Positions 1 to 12,360 of a DNA stretch of 64,000 nt are shown here, piece by piece. The notes beneath the pieces are model-generated. The model saw only the letters and a list, made by a program, of their open reading frames with translations. It searched no databases and was not told the DNA's origin. The stretch comes from Macrostomum hystrix. Lineage: Eukaryota > Animalia > Platyhelminthes. Where the stretch lies: assembly GCA_950097015.1 (NCBI GenBank), contig CATNEN010000039.1, positions 18,972,001-19,036,000 of the forward strand. Reading direction: 5' to 3'. Numbering within the stretch: position 1 is the first letter of the stretch; every line of letters starts with the position of its first letter. The position numbers and the translations under genes are program-made.

Positions 1-985
1 CCTCTACCCTAGCTTATCCTATCCTCTACCCTAGTTTCTCCTATCCACTACCCTATTTTCTCCTATCCTCTACGCTAGTTTCTCCGATCCTCTACCCTAG
101 CTTATCCTATCCTCTACCCTAGTTTCTCCTATCCTCTACCCTAGTTTCTCCTATCCTCTACTCTAGTTTTTCCTATCCTCTACGCTAGTTTCTCCTATCC
201 TCTACCCTAGTTTATCGTATCCTCTACCCTAGTTTCTCCTATCCTCTACCCTAGTTTCTCCTACCCTCTACCCTAGCTTATCCTATCCTCTACCCTAGTT
301 TCTCCTATCCTCTACCCTAGTTTCTCCTATCCTCTACCCTAGCTTATCCTATCCTCTACCCTAGTTTCTCCTATCCTCTACCCTAGTTTATCCTATCCTC
401 TACGCTAGTTTCTCCGATCCTCTACGCTAGTTTCTCCGATCCTCTACCCTATTTTCTCCTATCCTCTACCATAGCTTATCCTATCCTCTACCCTAGTTTC
501 TCCTATCCTCTACCCTAGTTTCTCCTATCCTCTACCCTAGTTTCTCCGATCCTCTACCCTAGTTTATCGTATCCTCTACCCTAGCTTATCCTATCCTCTA
601 CCCTATTTTCTCCTATCCTCTACCCTAGTTTCTCCTATCCTCTACCCTAGTTTCTCCTATCCTCTACCCTAGTTTCTCCTATCCTCTACCCTAGTTTCTC
701 CTATCCACTACCCTATTTTCTCCTATCCTCTACCCTATTTTCTCCTATCCTCTACCATAGCTTATCCTATCCTCTACCCTAGCTTATCCTATCCTCTACC
801 CTAGTTTCTCCTATCCACTACCCTATTTTCTCCTATCCTCTACCCTAGCTTATCCTATCCTCTACCCTAGTTTCTCCTATCCACTACCCTATTTTCTCCT
901 ATCCTCTACCATAGCTTATCCTATCCTCTACCCTAGTTTCTCCTATCCTCTACCCTAGTTTCTCCTATCTTCTACCCTAGCTTAC
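1..985. repeat. 22-bp minisatellite (CCTCTACCCTAGTTTCTCCTAT)n, truncated by window start
   Basis: About 45 directly visible tandem copies with few variants. Confidence 0.95.
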
Positions 986-1527
986 CTTTAATCTTCCTTA
1001 GGATCTCAAATAGTTCTGTAATCTCCCTAATTTCAGGTTTAAAATCTAGATATTATTTTAAGAAAAAATAATCATTTCAATAATAATATTCGAACTCTTA
1101 CGGTAAACTTACATAATATATTACAATTCTTATTAATGTGATATTAAGTAGCCGTCGCTGCCGACTGATAAAAAATCATTAATTGCAAAATTCTGTGTAA
1201 AACACAAACAGAAAATTATATATTTTGTCAGACCGATGTCCAATGCTTAAACAGTGTTTTATAAAATCAAGCTTGAATGGTACTGAAATTTCTTAGATAA
1301 CAACGACAGTTAAGCAAGCATATGCGTGAAGAAGAGAAATTGCAATGGAATTTATTGAAGATGTCACTGAATCAAATTGGGGTGATGCAAAGCTAATAAT
1401 TACAATAAAATTTAACTATTGTCTTCTCAGAACTTCCAAGGCAGTTCGTTGGATTCCCTCTGTTTACTGGAGTGGTGATTGAATCCATAGTAGATTGGGA
1501 ATGGGAACTCCATCTGTAGACCCGAAC

Positions 1528-2003
1528 CACAGACCGGGAATTCCCATTAGTAGATAACCACAGACCGGGAATTCCTTCGTAGATAACTATATACTGGGAA
1601 TTCCCTTCGTAGATAACCATATACTGGGAATTCCCTTCGTGGATAACCACAGACTAGAGATTCCCTTCGTAGATAACCACCGACCGGGAATTCCATTCGT
1701 GGATAACCACAGACTAGAGATTCCCTTCGTAGATAACGACAGACTGGGAATTCCCTCTGTAGATAACCACAGACCGGGAATTCCCTTCGTAGATAACCAT
1801 ATACTTGGAATTCCCTTCGTAGATAACCATATACTGGGAATTCCCTTCGTAGATAACCATACACTGGGAATTCCATTCTTAGATAACCATATACTGGGAA
1901 TTCCCTTCGTAGATAACCACCGACCGGGAATTCCCTTCGTGGACAACCACAGACTAGAGATTCCCTTCGTGGATAACCACAGACCGGGAATTCCCTCTGT
2001 AGC
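1528..2003. repeat. 30-bp minisatellite (GGGAATTCCCTTCGTAGATAACCACAGACC)n
   Basis: About 16 tandem copies, each with the palindrome GGGAATTCCC; lies just 3' of the Ig gene. Confidence 0.95.
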
Positions 2004-2246
2004 ATACCCCTGAGTTGGGGATTCCCCCTTAGGGTGAAATCAGCCAAGAATAGGGATTACCTCTATAGTCAACAGCAAAAAATAAAATTCCCTGAGAAGT
2101 CACTAGAAACATACCTAGGCACCGTAACTAAGCTAGATTGAGCGACTTAAAAGTCAGGTGACAATTCTTTTCAAGTGCAGAGTTGAAAGGCTTTCAATGC
2201 ATCGCAGAGCAATTTTTCCATATTTTTTTTCATATTCATTGCAAGT

Positions 2247-2289
2247 TCAGTCAAACGGTGGCTCATCAGAGTGCTCTGACGGTACATTC

Positions 2290-2320
<31 letters not shown>

Positions 2321-5300
2321 GATGCAGCAACGGTTGGGGGGTTCCGCAGCCACTGCGGCTGCCCAACCCTGTGGACACAGTCAGCGGCGGCAGCGACGGT
2401 GTGGCAACGAACACCGGGCAGAACTGCTGATGAAGATGGTGCAACTGCGAACTAGCTGGCAGCGCTGAGCAGTTCCAGCACCAGTCGTTGCGAATCACAT
2501 CCGGCGGAAACTGCTGCTGATGCTGGCAAGACTGCGGCGGAAGAGGCGGAGGGATCTCCATGGACAGCGGGCCGGAGCAGAACATGGCGTCCAAGCTGGC
2601 TCCGGTGGCGCTGCGCATCGGCTGCTGTCTGCCACCAGAAGCCGCCGCCGCAGCCGCCGCGGCCGAAGCTCTAGCCAGGCGAAGCTGCCGACGTTGCTGA
2701 CGGCAGCGCAGGGCGGCGGCGACCCCGCAGGCGGCCACCAGGGCGATTCCGGCTACGGCAGCTCCAGAAAGAGCGCCGAACAGCAGATCCGTAGGCGGCG
2801 TCGGCCGCGGCTGCTGACGGCCTCCGCGACCTCCACCGGCGGCTCCGCCGAGGCCGAAGCCGACGGCTCCGCTGATGACGCCATTTTGAACTAGCAGCTG
2901 TTGCGTCTCGAAGACGCTGACATTGCCGTCCCAAACGACTAGGGACAGTCGGTAGTTGCCACCAGCGGCATTGGGCGACTGGCCAGATGTTGAAGACGCC
3001 GGCTGAAAGGCTGAAAATCCGCGCCTGACATCCGCGATCGGCAGCGGCAGATGTCGGCACTCGGCAGCCAGGGCGGGAGGGCACACCCGTGCCGTCACTC
3101 GGGTGTAGGCGGCTGCGTGACGCGGGGGTTCGAACTCCAGACGGCAGCAGCCGGAGAGCCGCATGGAGGCCACGGGAATGACCGGCAGAGGCTTCGTGGT
3201 CAGCAGCAGCGGCGTTGAAGTCCACGGACTCGACGAAAATCGACCAGCCGGAGTTGCTCTGACGCGCACAGCGTAGTGTGTCGCGGGTTCGAGTCCGGTC
3301 AGGTCGGCGCTGACCAGACGGCCTTCGCCCGGGTCGGCCAGGCCGGCGAGTCTCGGATCCTCTGCCCAATCAGAATCGTCTGAGCGGCGCCACTGCAGCT
3401 GGAAGGTCTGCGGCTGGCCGCCGTTGTGACCGGAAATCCACCAGACACTGGCTGACACGGCGGTGGCCGGCGAGGCGAGGCGAAGGCGTAGCGGCGTCTG
3501 CGGCGGCCCGGGCGGCTGGAGGCGGACGCGGAATCGCCGCCGGCCGAGCGAGTTGGCCAGCAGGCAGTCATAGAGGCCGAAGTCACCGGGCTGCACCGAG
3601 TCGATGATGAGGCCGAACTCACCGCGGTCGGGCTCGTCGAAGCTTCTGCCACGCGGCTTTGTCGACGATTCGCCCTCGCTGTCGAGTAGACGTCGCCATT
3701 CAATCGCTTCGGCTGGCGGATTCGCTTCGACCAGAATGAGCAGCCTCGCCGTCTCGCCGACGTCCGCGGAGGTCAATCTGGGACTGGCGTCAACCTCCCG
3801 GCTGTTGAATTCGTCGAAAAAATTGCGCGGCGGCCTCGGCGGGTGCAGCAGCGTCAGGCCCGCGACCCCGACGCCGGGCGGCAAATCAGCGCGCGTCCTG
3901 GCGGCGCAGGTGTACAAACCAGCGTCGCGCCAGTCGGTTTTGTCTATGGCCAGAACTGGACCGCCGCTAGTGACGAGGCGCCGTTCCGCAGCGCCGGCCG
4001 CAGAGGCAAGATGCCGCCACTCGTAGGTTGGTCGCACAGCCGAGTCCGCCGGGGGCCAGCCGCCTTCTGCGATGCAGACGATGCTGACTGAGCCGCCTTC
4101 AGCGACTGACGGCGGCTGTATACGTACGGCGACGCTCGGCGGGTGCTGGACTCGGACCACTCGCTGCCCAGACACGGCCGCGGTGGCAGCCAGTGCCGGA
4201 TGCGCCGCCGAGCATTCGTAGATGTCGCCGTGCGCTGTCAGACTGGTGTCGGGCACCGTCAGCTCGCTGACAACCCGACTCCCTGGAAACCCGCCTGTGG
4301 CCGACTGGGTTACCCGGCTAATCGCTAACGAAGTGACATTTGTCGTCGCCGAGGCGTCCGCTGGCAATGGTTGACTTCGGCGGCGCCACCAGCTGATTCG
4401 AGCCGGCGGCTGCGACTCGGCAACGCGACAGATCAGACGCAGCCGGCCGCCCGGTGGCACGCCGGAGTCCGCCAATGCGCCGACAACGTCCTCGTTGACA
4501 ATATCCAGCGTCAGGCCGGACGGCGGAAAGGCGACTCGCAGCTGGCGCTGACGCTCGGCAACGACCCGGCCGGCGTAGATCAGGTCGCAGCGCAGGTTGG
4601 CGCCGTCGAGGCGACGGTTGGCGCGCAGCACCAGCCGGCTGCTGGCGCGCAGTCCCACCGGTCCGTGCCGCACCTGGGAGACGCTCACTGAGGCTGCCGC
4701 ACTGTCGGCGTCGGGCAGCTGACGAATCCGACCGCCGGGCTCCACCAGCGACCAGCGCAGACCGCTGACGGGATTGCTGGACGCCGAAGCTTCGCAGTCG
4801 AACAGAAAATCGGCGCCCTCCTCCGTGAGGCTGCCTGGCCCTGAAGGTCCGCCGCGGCTTGTGAGCGACAGTCCGCTGTCGCCGCCTCCGCCGTCTGGTG
4901 GGAAGCTGACGCCGACAGCTTGCTGACGACTGCAGACTCTGCCAGCGCAGCAGAAGAATTCGGCGCCATTGTCGATTGGCTCCAGTCGAACCGGCGGTTG
5001 GATTTCGTCGCTACCTTCAGCGAGCTGACTGGCTGCTGACGTCGTTGTGTCAGTCGACGTGGTCGAAGATGGCCTTCGCCGGTAGTAGCGCACAGCCGGC
5101 ATTGGCGGGTAGCCGCCCTCAACCAGACAGTCGAGCGGCAGGCGGGCCCCAGCCGGCTGAGGGTTCGCAGCGCCGACTACCAGGCGGACAGCGGACGGCG
5201 GGTGCTCCACGGCGAGGCTGACCAGGCGACGGTCCTCGCCGCCGGCCGGGTTGCGCACTCGGCAGACGTACTCGCCGGCCTCGGAGCGCATCGCGTGGCG

Positions 5301-5969
5301 CAGCAGCAGCCTGGAGACAGTCGAGTTAACTGACTGCACCGAGAACTGACGCCCCATCGGCAACTCGACGTCGCGCCCAGTCGCTTCGTCGACGCGCAGC
5401 CAGGCAAAGTCGAGACGCCCGACGCGGTGGTCGTCAGTAGCCGCGAAGCAGGTGGCCTCCGCCGGCTGCGTCTCCGGCACTGAGCTGGAGTTGAAACCCG
5501 CGCTGACAATCTGCGGCCTGCTGAACACCTGCAGCGCCAGGTTCTGGCTGGAGGCGCCCATGTGACGGCACTGCCAGTCGCCGGTGAAGTCAGCATCGAC
5601 GTTGTTGACATTGTAGGCATAGGTGACGGAGTCTCCGGCTGTGTCCGGGTGCTTCTCAACCAGGCCGCAGGCGATCTGGCGCAGCCGGGGCTCCTCGGAG
5701 CAGACGGCCGAGTCGGCGCATACCCGATTGCAGTTCTCCAGGCAGTTGCCGACCCGGCCGGCGATGGGGCAGCGCAACCGCACGGCCAGGCCCGGACGGT
5801 GGCCGGTCACCGTGCACTCGATGCGCACCGAGTCGCCAACACGAAGCAGGCCAGTCGGATGCAGCAGGCGCGCGGTGATGCTGGGAGCTCCGCTGGCAGC
5901 CGCTGACGAGGCTTCGATGAGGCAGATCAGTAGAGCGAGGAGCTTGGAAGCAAAAGGGCATTGCTGCAT
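2247..5969 (-). CDS. Nephrin/sidestep-like immunoglobulin superfamily type I membrane protein (signal peptide, ~7 Ig, FN3, TM, cytoplasmic tail), ~1240 aa, single coding exon
   Basis: ATG at 5969 in ACCATG context begins a signal peptide (MQQCPFASKLLALLICLIEASSA). Ig motifs: FTGDWQC, EAGEYVC, DNGAEFFC, LDGANLRC, HGDIYEC, DAGLYTC, DFGLYDC, with xPP linkers. FN3: W.SGHNGGQPQTFQLQW...LTGLEPATHYAVRVRA. TM: LLFGALSGAAVAGIALVAACGVAAAL followed by RCRQQRR. An acceptor TTTATTGCAG lies 9 nt upstream of the ATG. Confidence 0.9.
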
Positions 5970-6597
5970 GGTTGCTAGCTGCAATAAACTTAACTTCTTC
6001 TTTTTTTGGCCCCAGCACAGCTTCTCGAAGCGGAAGCCCGCAACGGCAAGGGCCTCTTTAAAGATGGCCTCCTCCGCAGTCTCGTGACCCCTCTGACCCA
6101 TCTTTCCTCTACAGGCCGGCCGCCAGCCACCCACCCCCATTCTTCTGGCCAGTCGTGGCAGGCAAAGACGCGGAGGTTGGGGCGGGGAGTTATAATACGA
6201 CAATTATTTATTAAACCTATACTCGTACAGGCCTGTCAGCAATTTGTGAGACTCCCAGTTCATTATGAGAGCTCTGAGGTTGGTAACTGGGGCTAGGAAT
6301 TAATGCATATTAGTTCGATAGCATTGTGTGTGCGCGCGCATGGCCGTGTTTGTCAAGCGCTATTATTTCAGTCTGTCTTCAGGCTTGTGGTTGTTACGTA
6401 ATTTAATTTGAAAATTTGTTCGAACGCGCGCTGCAATAGATTAGATTGAATGTGTTCAAAAAGTTGTTGAGCAATCTCTTGTCACTTTTTCATCTATCGC
6501 CTTTATTTAGTATTTTTGTCACTAAGCTAGTTGCCAAGCAATTAGAATAAATTAATTTGGATATTTTTATCCATTCACATCCAAGTACGAGTTGATT

Positions 6598-8207
6598 CTG
6601 GGTTGGCAAACTTTGGTCTGTGAGCCAGAAAATGCCTGCCGAGCCACTTAATCCAGCCCCAAGGCATTTTCAAAACCTGCACCTTGCATTAACTCTCCCC
6701 TGTCCCACTGTCTCATCTCTCCCCTGTCTCATCTCTCCCCTGTCTCATCTCTCCCCTGTCTCATCTCTCCCCTGTCTCATCTCTCCCCTACTCACCTCTC
6801 CCCGGTCTTATCTCTTCCCTATCTTATCTCTCCCCTGCCTCACCTCTCCCCTGTCTCATCTCTCCCGTCTTATCTCTCCTCTGTCTTATCTCTCCCCTGT
6901 CTTATCTCTCCCCTGTCTCATCTCTCCCCTGTATTATCTCTTCTCTGCCTTATCTCTCCCCTGTCTCATCTCTCCCCTGTCTTATCTCTCCTCTGCCTTA
7001 TCTCTCCCCTGTATTATCTCTCCCCTGTCTCATCTCTCCCCTGTCTCATCTCTCCCCTGTCTCATCTCTCCCCTACTCACCTCTCCCCTGTCTCATCTCT
7101 CCCCTGTCTCATCTCTCCCCTGTCTTATCTCTCCCCTGTCTCATCTCTCCCCTACTCACCTCTCCCCGGTCTTATCTCTTCCCTATCTTATCTCTCCCCT
7201 GCCTCACCTCTCCCCTGTCTCATCTCTCCCGTCTTATCTCTCCTCTGTCTTATCTCTCCCCTGTCTTATCTCTCCCCTGTCTCATCTCTCCCCTGTATTA
7301 TCTCTCCTCTGCCTTATCTCTCCCCTGTCTCATCTCTCCCCTGTCTCATCTCTCCCCTGTCTTATCTCTCCTCTGCCTTATCTCTCCCCTGTATTATCTC
7401 TCCCCTGTATTATCTCTCCCCTGTCTCATCTCTCCCCTGTCTCATCTCTCCCCTACTCACCTCTCCCCTGTCTCATCTCTCCCCTGTCTCATCTCTCCCC
7501 TGTCTTATCTCTCCCCTGTATTATCTCTTCCCTATCTTATCTCTCCCCTGCCTCACCTCTCCCCTGTCTCATCTCTCCCGTCTTATCTCTCCTCTGTCTT
7601 ATCTCTCCCCTGTCTTATCTCTCCCCTGTCTCATCTCTCCCCTGTATTATCTCTCCTCTGCCTTATCTCTCCCCTGTCTCATCTCTCCCCTGTCTCATCT
7701 CTCCCCTGTCTTATCTCTCCTCTGCCTTATCTCTCCCCTGTATTATCTCTCCCCTGTATTATCTCTCCCCTGTCTCATCTCTCCCCTGTCTCATCTCTCC
7801 CCTGTCTCATCTCTCCCCTACTCACCTCTCCCCTGTCTCATCTCTCCCCTGTCTCATCTCTCCCCTGTCTTATCTCTCCCCTGTATTATCTCTCCCCTGT
7901 CTCATCTCTCCCCTGCCTCACCTCTCCCCTGTCTCATCTCTCCCGTCTTATCTCTCCTCTGTCTTATCTCTCCACTGCCTCATCTATCCCCTGTCTCATC
8001 TCTCCCGTCTTATCTCTCCCCTGTCTCATCTCTCCCCTGTCTCATCTCACCCCTGTCTTATCTCTCCCCTGCCTCATCTCTCCCCTGTCTTATCTCCCTT
8101 CTGTCCCATCTCTCGCGTCTCATCTCCTCCCTGTCACATCTCTCTTCTGTATTTTTAGGATTTCTTATTGTCCACTGAAGCTTTGAGTTCAAGGCTGCGG
8201 ACCCCTG
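6598..8207. mobile_element. Degenerate hAT/Charlie-type non-autonomous element filled by a 16-bp minisatellite
   Basis: Left end CTGGGTTGGCAAACTTTGGTCTGTGAGCCAG aligns to the reverse complement of the right end of the 14570-15116 element; right end GGCTGCGGACCCCTG; no clear TSD. Confidence 0.6.
6693..8150. repeat. 16-bp minisatellite (TCTCATCTCTCCCCTG)n
   Basis: About 90 tandem copies; same unit, reverse-complemented, at 14670-15020. Confidence 0.95.
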
Positions 8208-8555
8208 GCACACGGCATGCGTGCATCAGGCAATCTGTATGGACCGACAGCCAGCAGATGAATCAGCATTTCTGTCGATCATATCTGATGAATATCAGTT
8301 GTGCGCCATACAACCCGGCTGGTAACAGCAAATCCTTGTACGGATGCTGGGGCGATGACAGTCGCTCTCCATCAGTACCGCGGGATCCGCCACTAGCTGA
8401 CTCTAAATCTGTTTTACGAGGCTGCAGACCAATCCACTGAAGCCATGATTACGCAATCATCAAAGTTGATGCGCGGCAGAAAAACAGCCAACCTAAAAGA
8501 AAGGAAAGTTCAGTTGCTTGTTCCGAAGATTTCAAGTAGAAAACTTGGTTTCAAA

Positions 8556-9397
8556 TCAGCTGGGATTCTGTCAGTATCTAGAGACTGTCATCAGCTGGGA
8601 TTCTGTCAGTATCTAGAGACTGCTATCAGCTGGGATTCTGTCAGTGTCTAGAGACTGTCATCAGCTGGGATTCTGTCAGTGTCTAGAGACTGCTATCAGC
8701 TGGGATTCTGTCAGTGTCTAGAGACTGTTATCAGCTGGGATTCTGTCAGTGTCTAGAGACTGTTATCAGCTGGGATTCTGTCAGTGTCTAGAGACTGCTA
8801 TCAGCTGGGATTCTGTCAGTGTCTAGAGACTGTCATCAGCTGGGATTCTGTCAGTGTCTAGAGACTGTTATCAGCTGGGATTCTGTCAGTGTCTAGAGAC
8901 TGTTATCAGCTGGGATTCTGTCAGTGTCTAGAGACTGTTATCAGCTGGGATTCTGTCAGTGTCTAGAGACTGTCATCAGCTGGGATTCTGTCAGTATCTA
9001 GAGACTGCTATCAGCTGGGATTCTGTCAGTGTCTAGAGACTGTTATCAGCTGGGATTCTGTCGGTGTCTAGAGACTGTTATCAGCTGGGACTCTGTCAGC
9101 ATCTAGAGACTGTCATCAGCTGGGATTCTGTCAGTATCTAGAGACTGTCATCAGCTGGGATTCTGTCAGTGTCTAGAGACTGTCATCAGCTGGGATTCTG
9201 TCAGTGTCTAGAGACTGTTATCAGCTGGGATTCTGTCAGTGTCTAGAGACTGTTATCAGCTGGAACTCTGTCAGCATCTAGAGACTGTTATCAGCTGGGA
9301 TTCTGTCAGTGTCTAGAGACTGTTATCAGCTGGGATTCTGTCAGTGTCTAGAGACTGTCATCAGCTGGGATTCTGTCAGTGTCTAGAGACTGCTATC
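8556..9397 (+). repeat. 35-bp minisatellite (CAGCTGGGATTCTGTCAGTGTCTAGAGACTGYYAT)n, left arm of an inverted pair
   Basis: About 24 tandem copies. Confidence 0.95.
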
Positions 9398-9926
9398 TAG
9401 TGCCTTGTGTGTATTACAGGGAATCTTCCGCAGCCGCATTTCCAACCCACGCATTCGCTGAGGGTGCAGCTTAGGCCAGGTGTTTTACTGCTTTCGGCTT
9501 ACAACCGACAATGTCATAAAATTTGATAAAGCTTAGCCTGGGCTTCCTTAACTCCATTCTGCGGCTGACGAGAATTGGAAAAAGCCAGGTTCTGGGAGTA
9601 TTTTCAATACCTGGCCAGGTGGGGTTGGCTTGTGAGAGGTTCAAGCAGCCCTGATTCGACTAATTTGGGAGCGGCCCGCTGTCAGTTGTGCGGTCTAGTA
9701 AGGGCTAGCCTGGCCTCTCTAAACTGCTGCGCTTTTAACTATTCCCACTCCTATTTCTGCCTCATTTTCCCCTTCTGCTTGGGTGGGCGAAAGCTAAGAA
9801 GTTATTTAAGAGTGGCGGCAAGAAGGGCCGCTTTTCTTATGACCGATGGTGGCTGCTAACTCTGCTTGAAATCTCTGCCAGTTGTGTGTTCAGTTCCATG
9901 CAGTCAGGAAAGCCTGCTTGCCAGGC

Positions 9927-10500
9927 CACTGACAGAATGCCAGCTGATAACAGTCTCTAGACACTGACAGAATCCCAGCTGATAGCAGTCTCTAGACACT
10001 GACAGAATCCCAGCTGATAGCAGTCTCTAGACACTGACAGAATCCCAGCTGATAGCAGTCTCTAGACACTGACAGAATCCCAGCTGATAGCAGTCTCTAG
10101 ACACTGACAGAATCCCAGCTGATAGCAGTCTCTAGACACTGACAGAATCCCAGCTGATAGCAGTCTCTAGACACTGACAGAATCCCAGCTGATAGCAGTC
10201 TCTAGACACTGACAGAATCCCAGCTGATAGCAGTCTCTAGACACTGACAGAATCCCAGCTGATAGCAGTCTCTAGATACTGACAGAATCCCAGCTGATAG
10301 CAGTCTCTAGACACTGACAGAATCCCAGCTGATAGCAGTCTCTAGACACTGACAGAATCCCAGCTGATAGCAGTCTCTAGACACTGACAGAATCCCAGCT
10401 GATAGCAGTCTCTAGACACTGACAGAATCCCAGCTGATAGCAGTCTCTAGACACTGACAGAATCCCAGCTGATAGCAGTCTCTAGATACTGACAGAATCC
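9927..10500 (-). repeat. Same 35-bp minisatellite in inverted orientation, right arm
   Basis: About 16 copies of GACAGAATCCCAGCTGATAGCAGTCTCTAGACACT, the reverse complement of the left-arm unit. Confidence 0.95.
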
Positions 10501-11384
10501 GAGATTTAGATTTGCATGCACTCAAACTGAAATAAGTGGTAAGCAATATCCACAGAGTCGATAGTTTACAGAGTCGTTTCGTCGCTTAGCAGACCAGAAT
10601 TGCAAATTTCAAGTGTGAATTTGATAGTTAAACACAGATAATTGATATATTTATATAGAATATATATTTACGAATTCACATATAGGCAAATAATATGCAT
10701 AACTATAGTTTTAGGATGCAAATGTTTGCCTTAACTTTAGCTTAATCAATTGGTCTGGGCTGTATCTATCGCCTGTAACTTGGCCCACTAGAGAATATAG
10801 TGACGTGTTTACAGAAATTAAAACAAAAATTGATTCAGTAAAACAAAAAAAACGCTGAATACCGGTACAAAGACACGCTCTGTAGGCAGCAATTACAAAC
10901 ACACTGGCTGCATACAGACACAAACAATGCGAATCGTCAAATGAATACTACTTATAGTAAGCGAGTATGGGAACCGATAGAAAACACGCTGTTGCTATAA
11001 CAACGGCACAACAACAATAACAGTTATTAGTTAAAACAGAGACAGTGTAGATCCACACAGAAGCTAATTGTAAATTGTTCTTCTCGAAATTTTAACAGTA
11101 CGAAAACTAGAAGGGCACAATTAAAAAAAAACGAGAACAGAGTGCGCACTACAGCAGACAGGCAGACAGGTGCGATAGCTTTGCTATTGATATAAATTAC
11201 CAGTTTTTGTTACAAACCAAGTTAGTTCATTTACAAAGTTACAAAGCAGCACAGAAGCCAGAATAACACAAAGTTCAGGGACACGTCAAAGCACAGGCAT
11301 AGGAGAGCTTCACAAGAACTTCTTCTGGGCTCAAATAAGAGGCTTAATTGACTTGAGCAGTGCGGAAAGAAATAAAATGGTATA

Positions 11385-11905
11385 GGGGAGATAGACAGTG
11401 AGACAGGAGGGAGATAGACAATGAGACAGGAGGGAGATAGACAGTGAGACAGGGGGGAGATAGACAGTGAGACAGGGGGGAGATAGACAGTGAGACAGGG
11501 GGGAGATAGACAGTGAGACAGGGAGGGGAGATAGACAGTGAGACAGGGGGGAGATAGACAGTGAGACAGGGAGGGGAGATAGACAGTGAGACAGGGGGGA
11601 GATAGTCAGTGAGACAGGAGGGAGATAGTCAGTGAGACAGGGGGGAGATAGTCAGTGAGACAGGAGGGAGATAGTCAGTGAGACAGGGGGGAGATAGTCA
11701 GTGAGATAGGAGGGAGATAGTCAGTGAGATAGACAGTGAGATAGACAGTGAGACAGGAGGGAGATAGACAGTGAGATAGGAGGGAGATAGACAGTGAGAT
11801 AGGAGGGAGATAGACAGTGAGACAGGAGGGAGATAGACAGTGAGATAGGAGGGAGATAGACAGTGAGACAGGAGGGAGATAGACAGTGAGACAGGAGGGA
11901 GATAG
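11385..11905. repeat. 23-bp purine-rich minisatellite (GATAGACAGTGAGACAGGAGGGA)n
   Basis: About 22 tandem copies downstream of the SMEK stop codon, possibly in its 3' UTR. Confidence 0.9.
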
Positions 11906-12360
11906 GAGAAGAGATTTAGTCTCAGAGAAGAGTGAAATAACATGCAACAGGTTCGGACTGAATTAGGAAATTTCTTCGAATGCAAATAGGATTTGAACAG
12001 TCGATTCGGTCAGTTGAAATAAACTTGCAGTAAACTCCCCAAAATAAAACAAAAGAGGCGAAAAAGTAACAAAGAAAAACAACATCGGAAATTAGACAAG
12101 CGGGCAAACTGACACACGCAATTAGAAGCAGCAAGCATGGCTTTGGGTCGTTAGTCTCGAAACGTTTTGCTAAAGTATTGTGTTGGCTGCCTTATTAAAA
12201 CAACAATCAGATACTCCCAAGCCAAATGGCGTGTCTTCGCAGAACAGATGATAAGGCTTGCTCAAGTCTATGGCTTCACTAGTAGAGTGAAATTGAGATT
12301 ATGTGAGCTGAGAATGGGGCCTTACATCCAATCCAGAGTGCTGCCCAGTCAAGCCAAAGT

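Noticed and set aside
1528-2003. Palindromic 30-bp repeats resembling CRISPR or operator arrays, with overlapping ORFs
   Set aside because: A spacer-less minisatellite; the ORFs are repeat artefacts.
5970-6203. 78-aa N-terminal extension of the 1318-aa ORF
   Set aside because: It begins at a non-ATG codon and lies upstream of a splice acceptor; the signal peptide starts at Met 5969.
2158-6296. Numerous antisense or alternate-frame ORFs overlapping the Ig gene (and similarly the other GC-rich exons)
   Set aside because: Expected shadows of GC-rich coding sequence, with no recognisable motifs.
6620-8158. 512-aa Ser/Leu/Pro ORF
   Set aside because: Translation of the 16-bp minisatellite.
8556-10500. 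CRISPR-like 35-bp repeats; also CTGATGA suggesting a hammerhead ribozyme
   Set aside because: Units are head-to-tail with no unique spacers, there are no cas genes and the context is eukaryotic. CTGATGA is not followed by a stem and GAAA as a hammerhead core requires.
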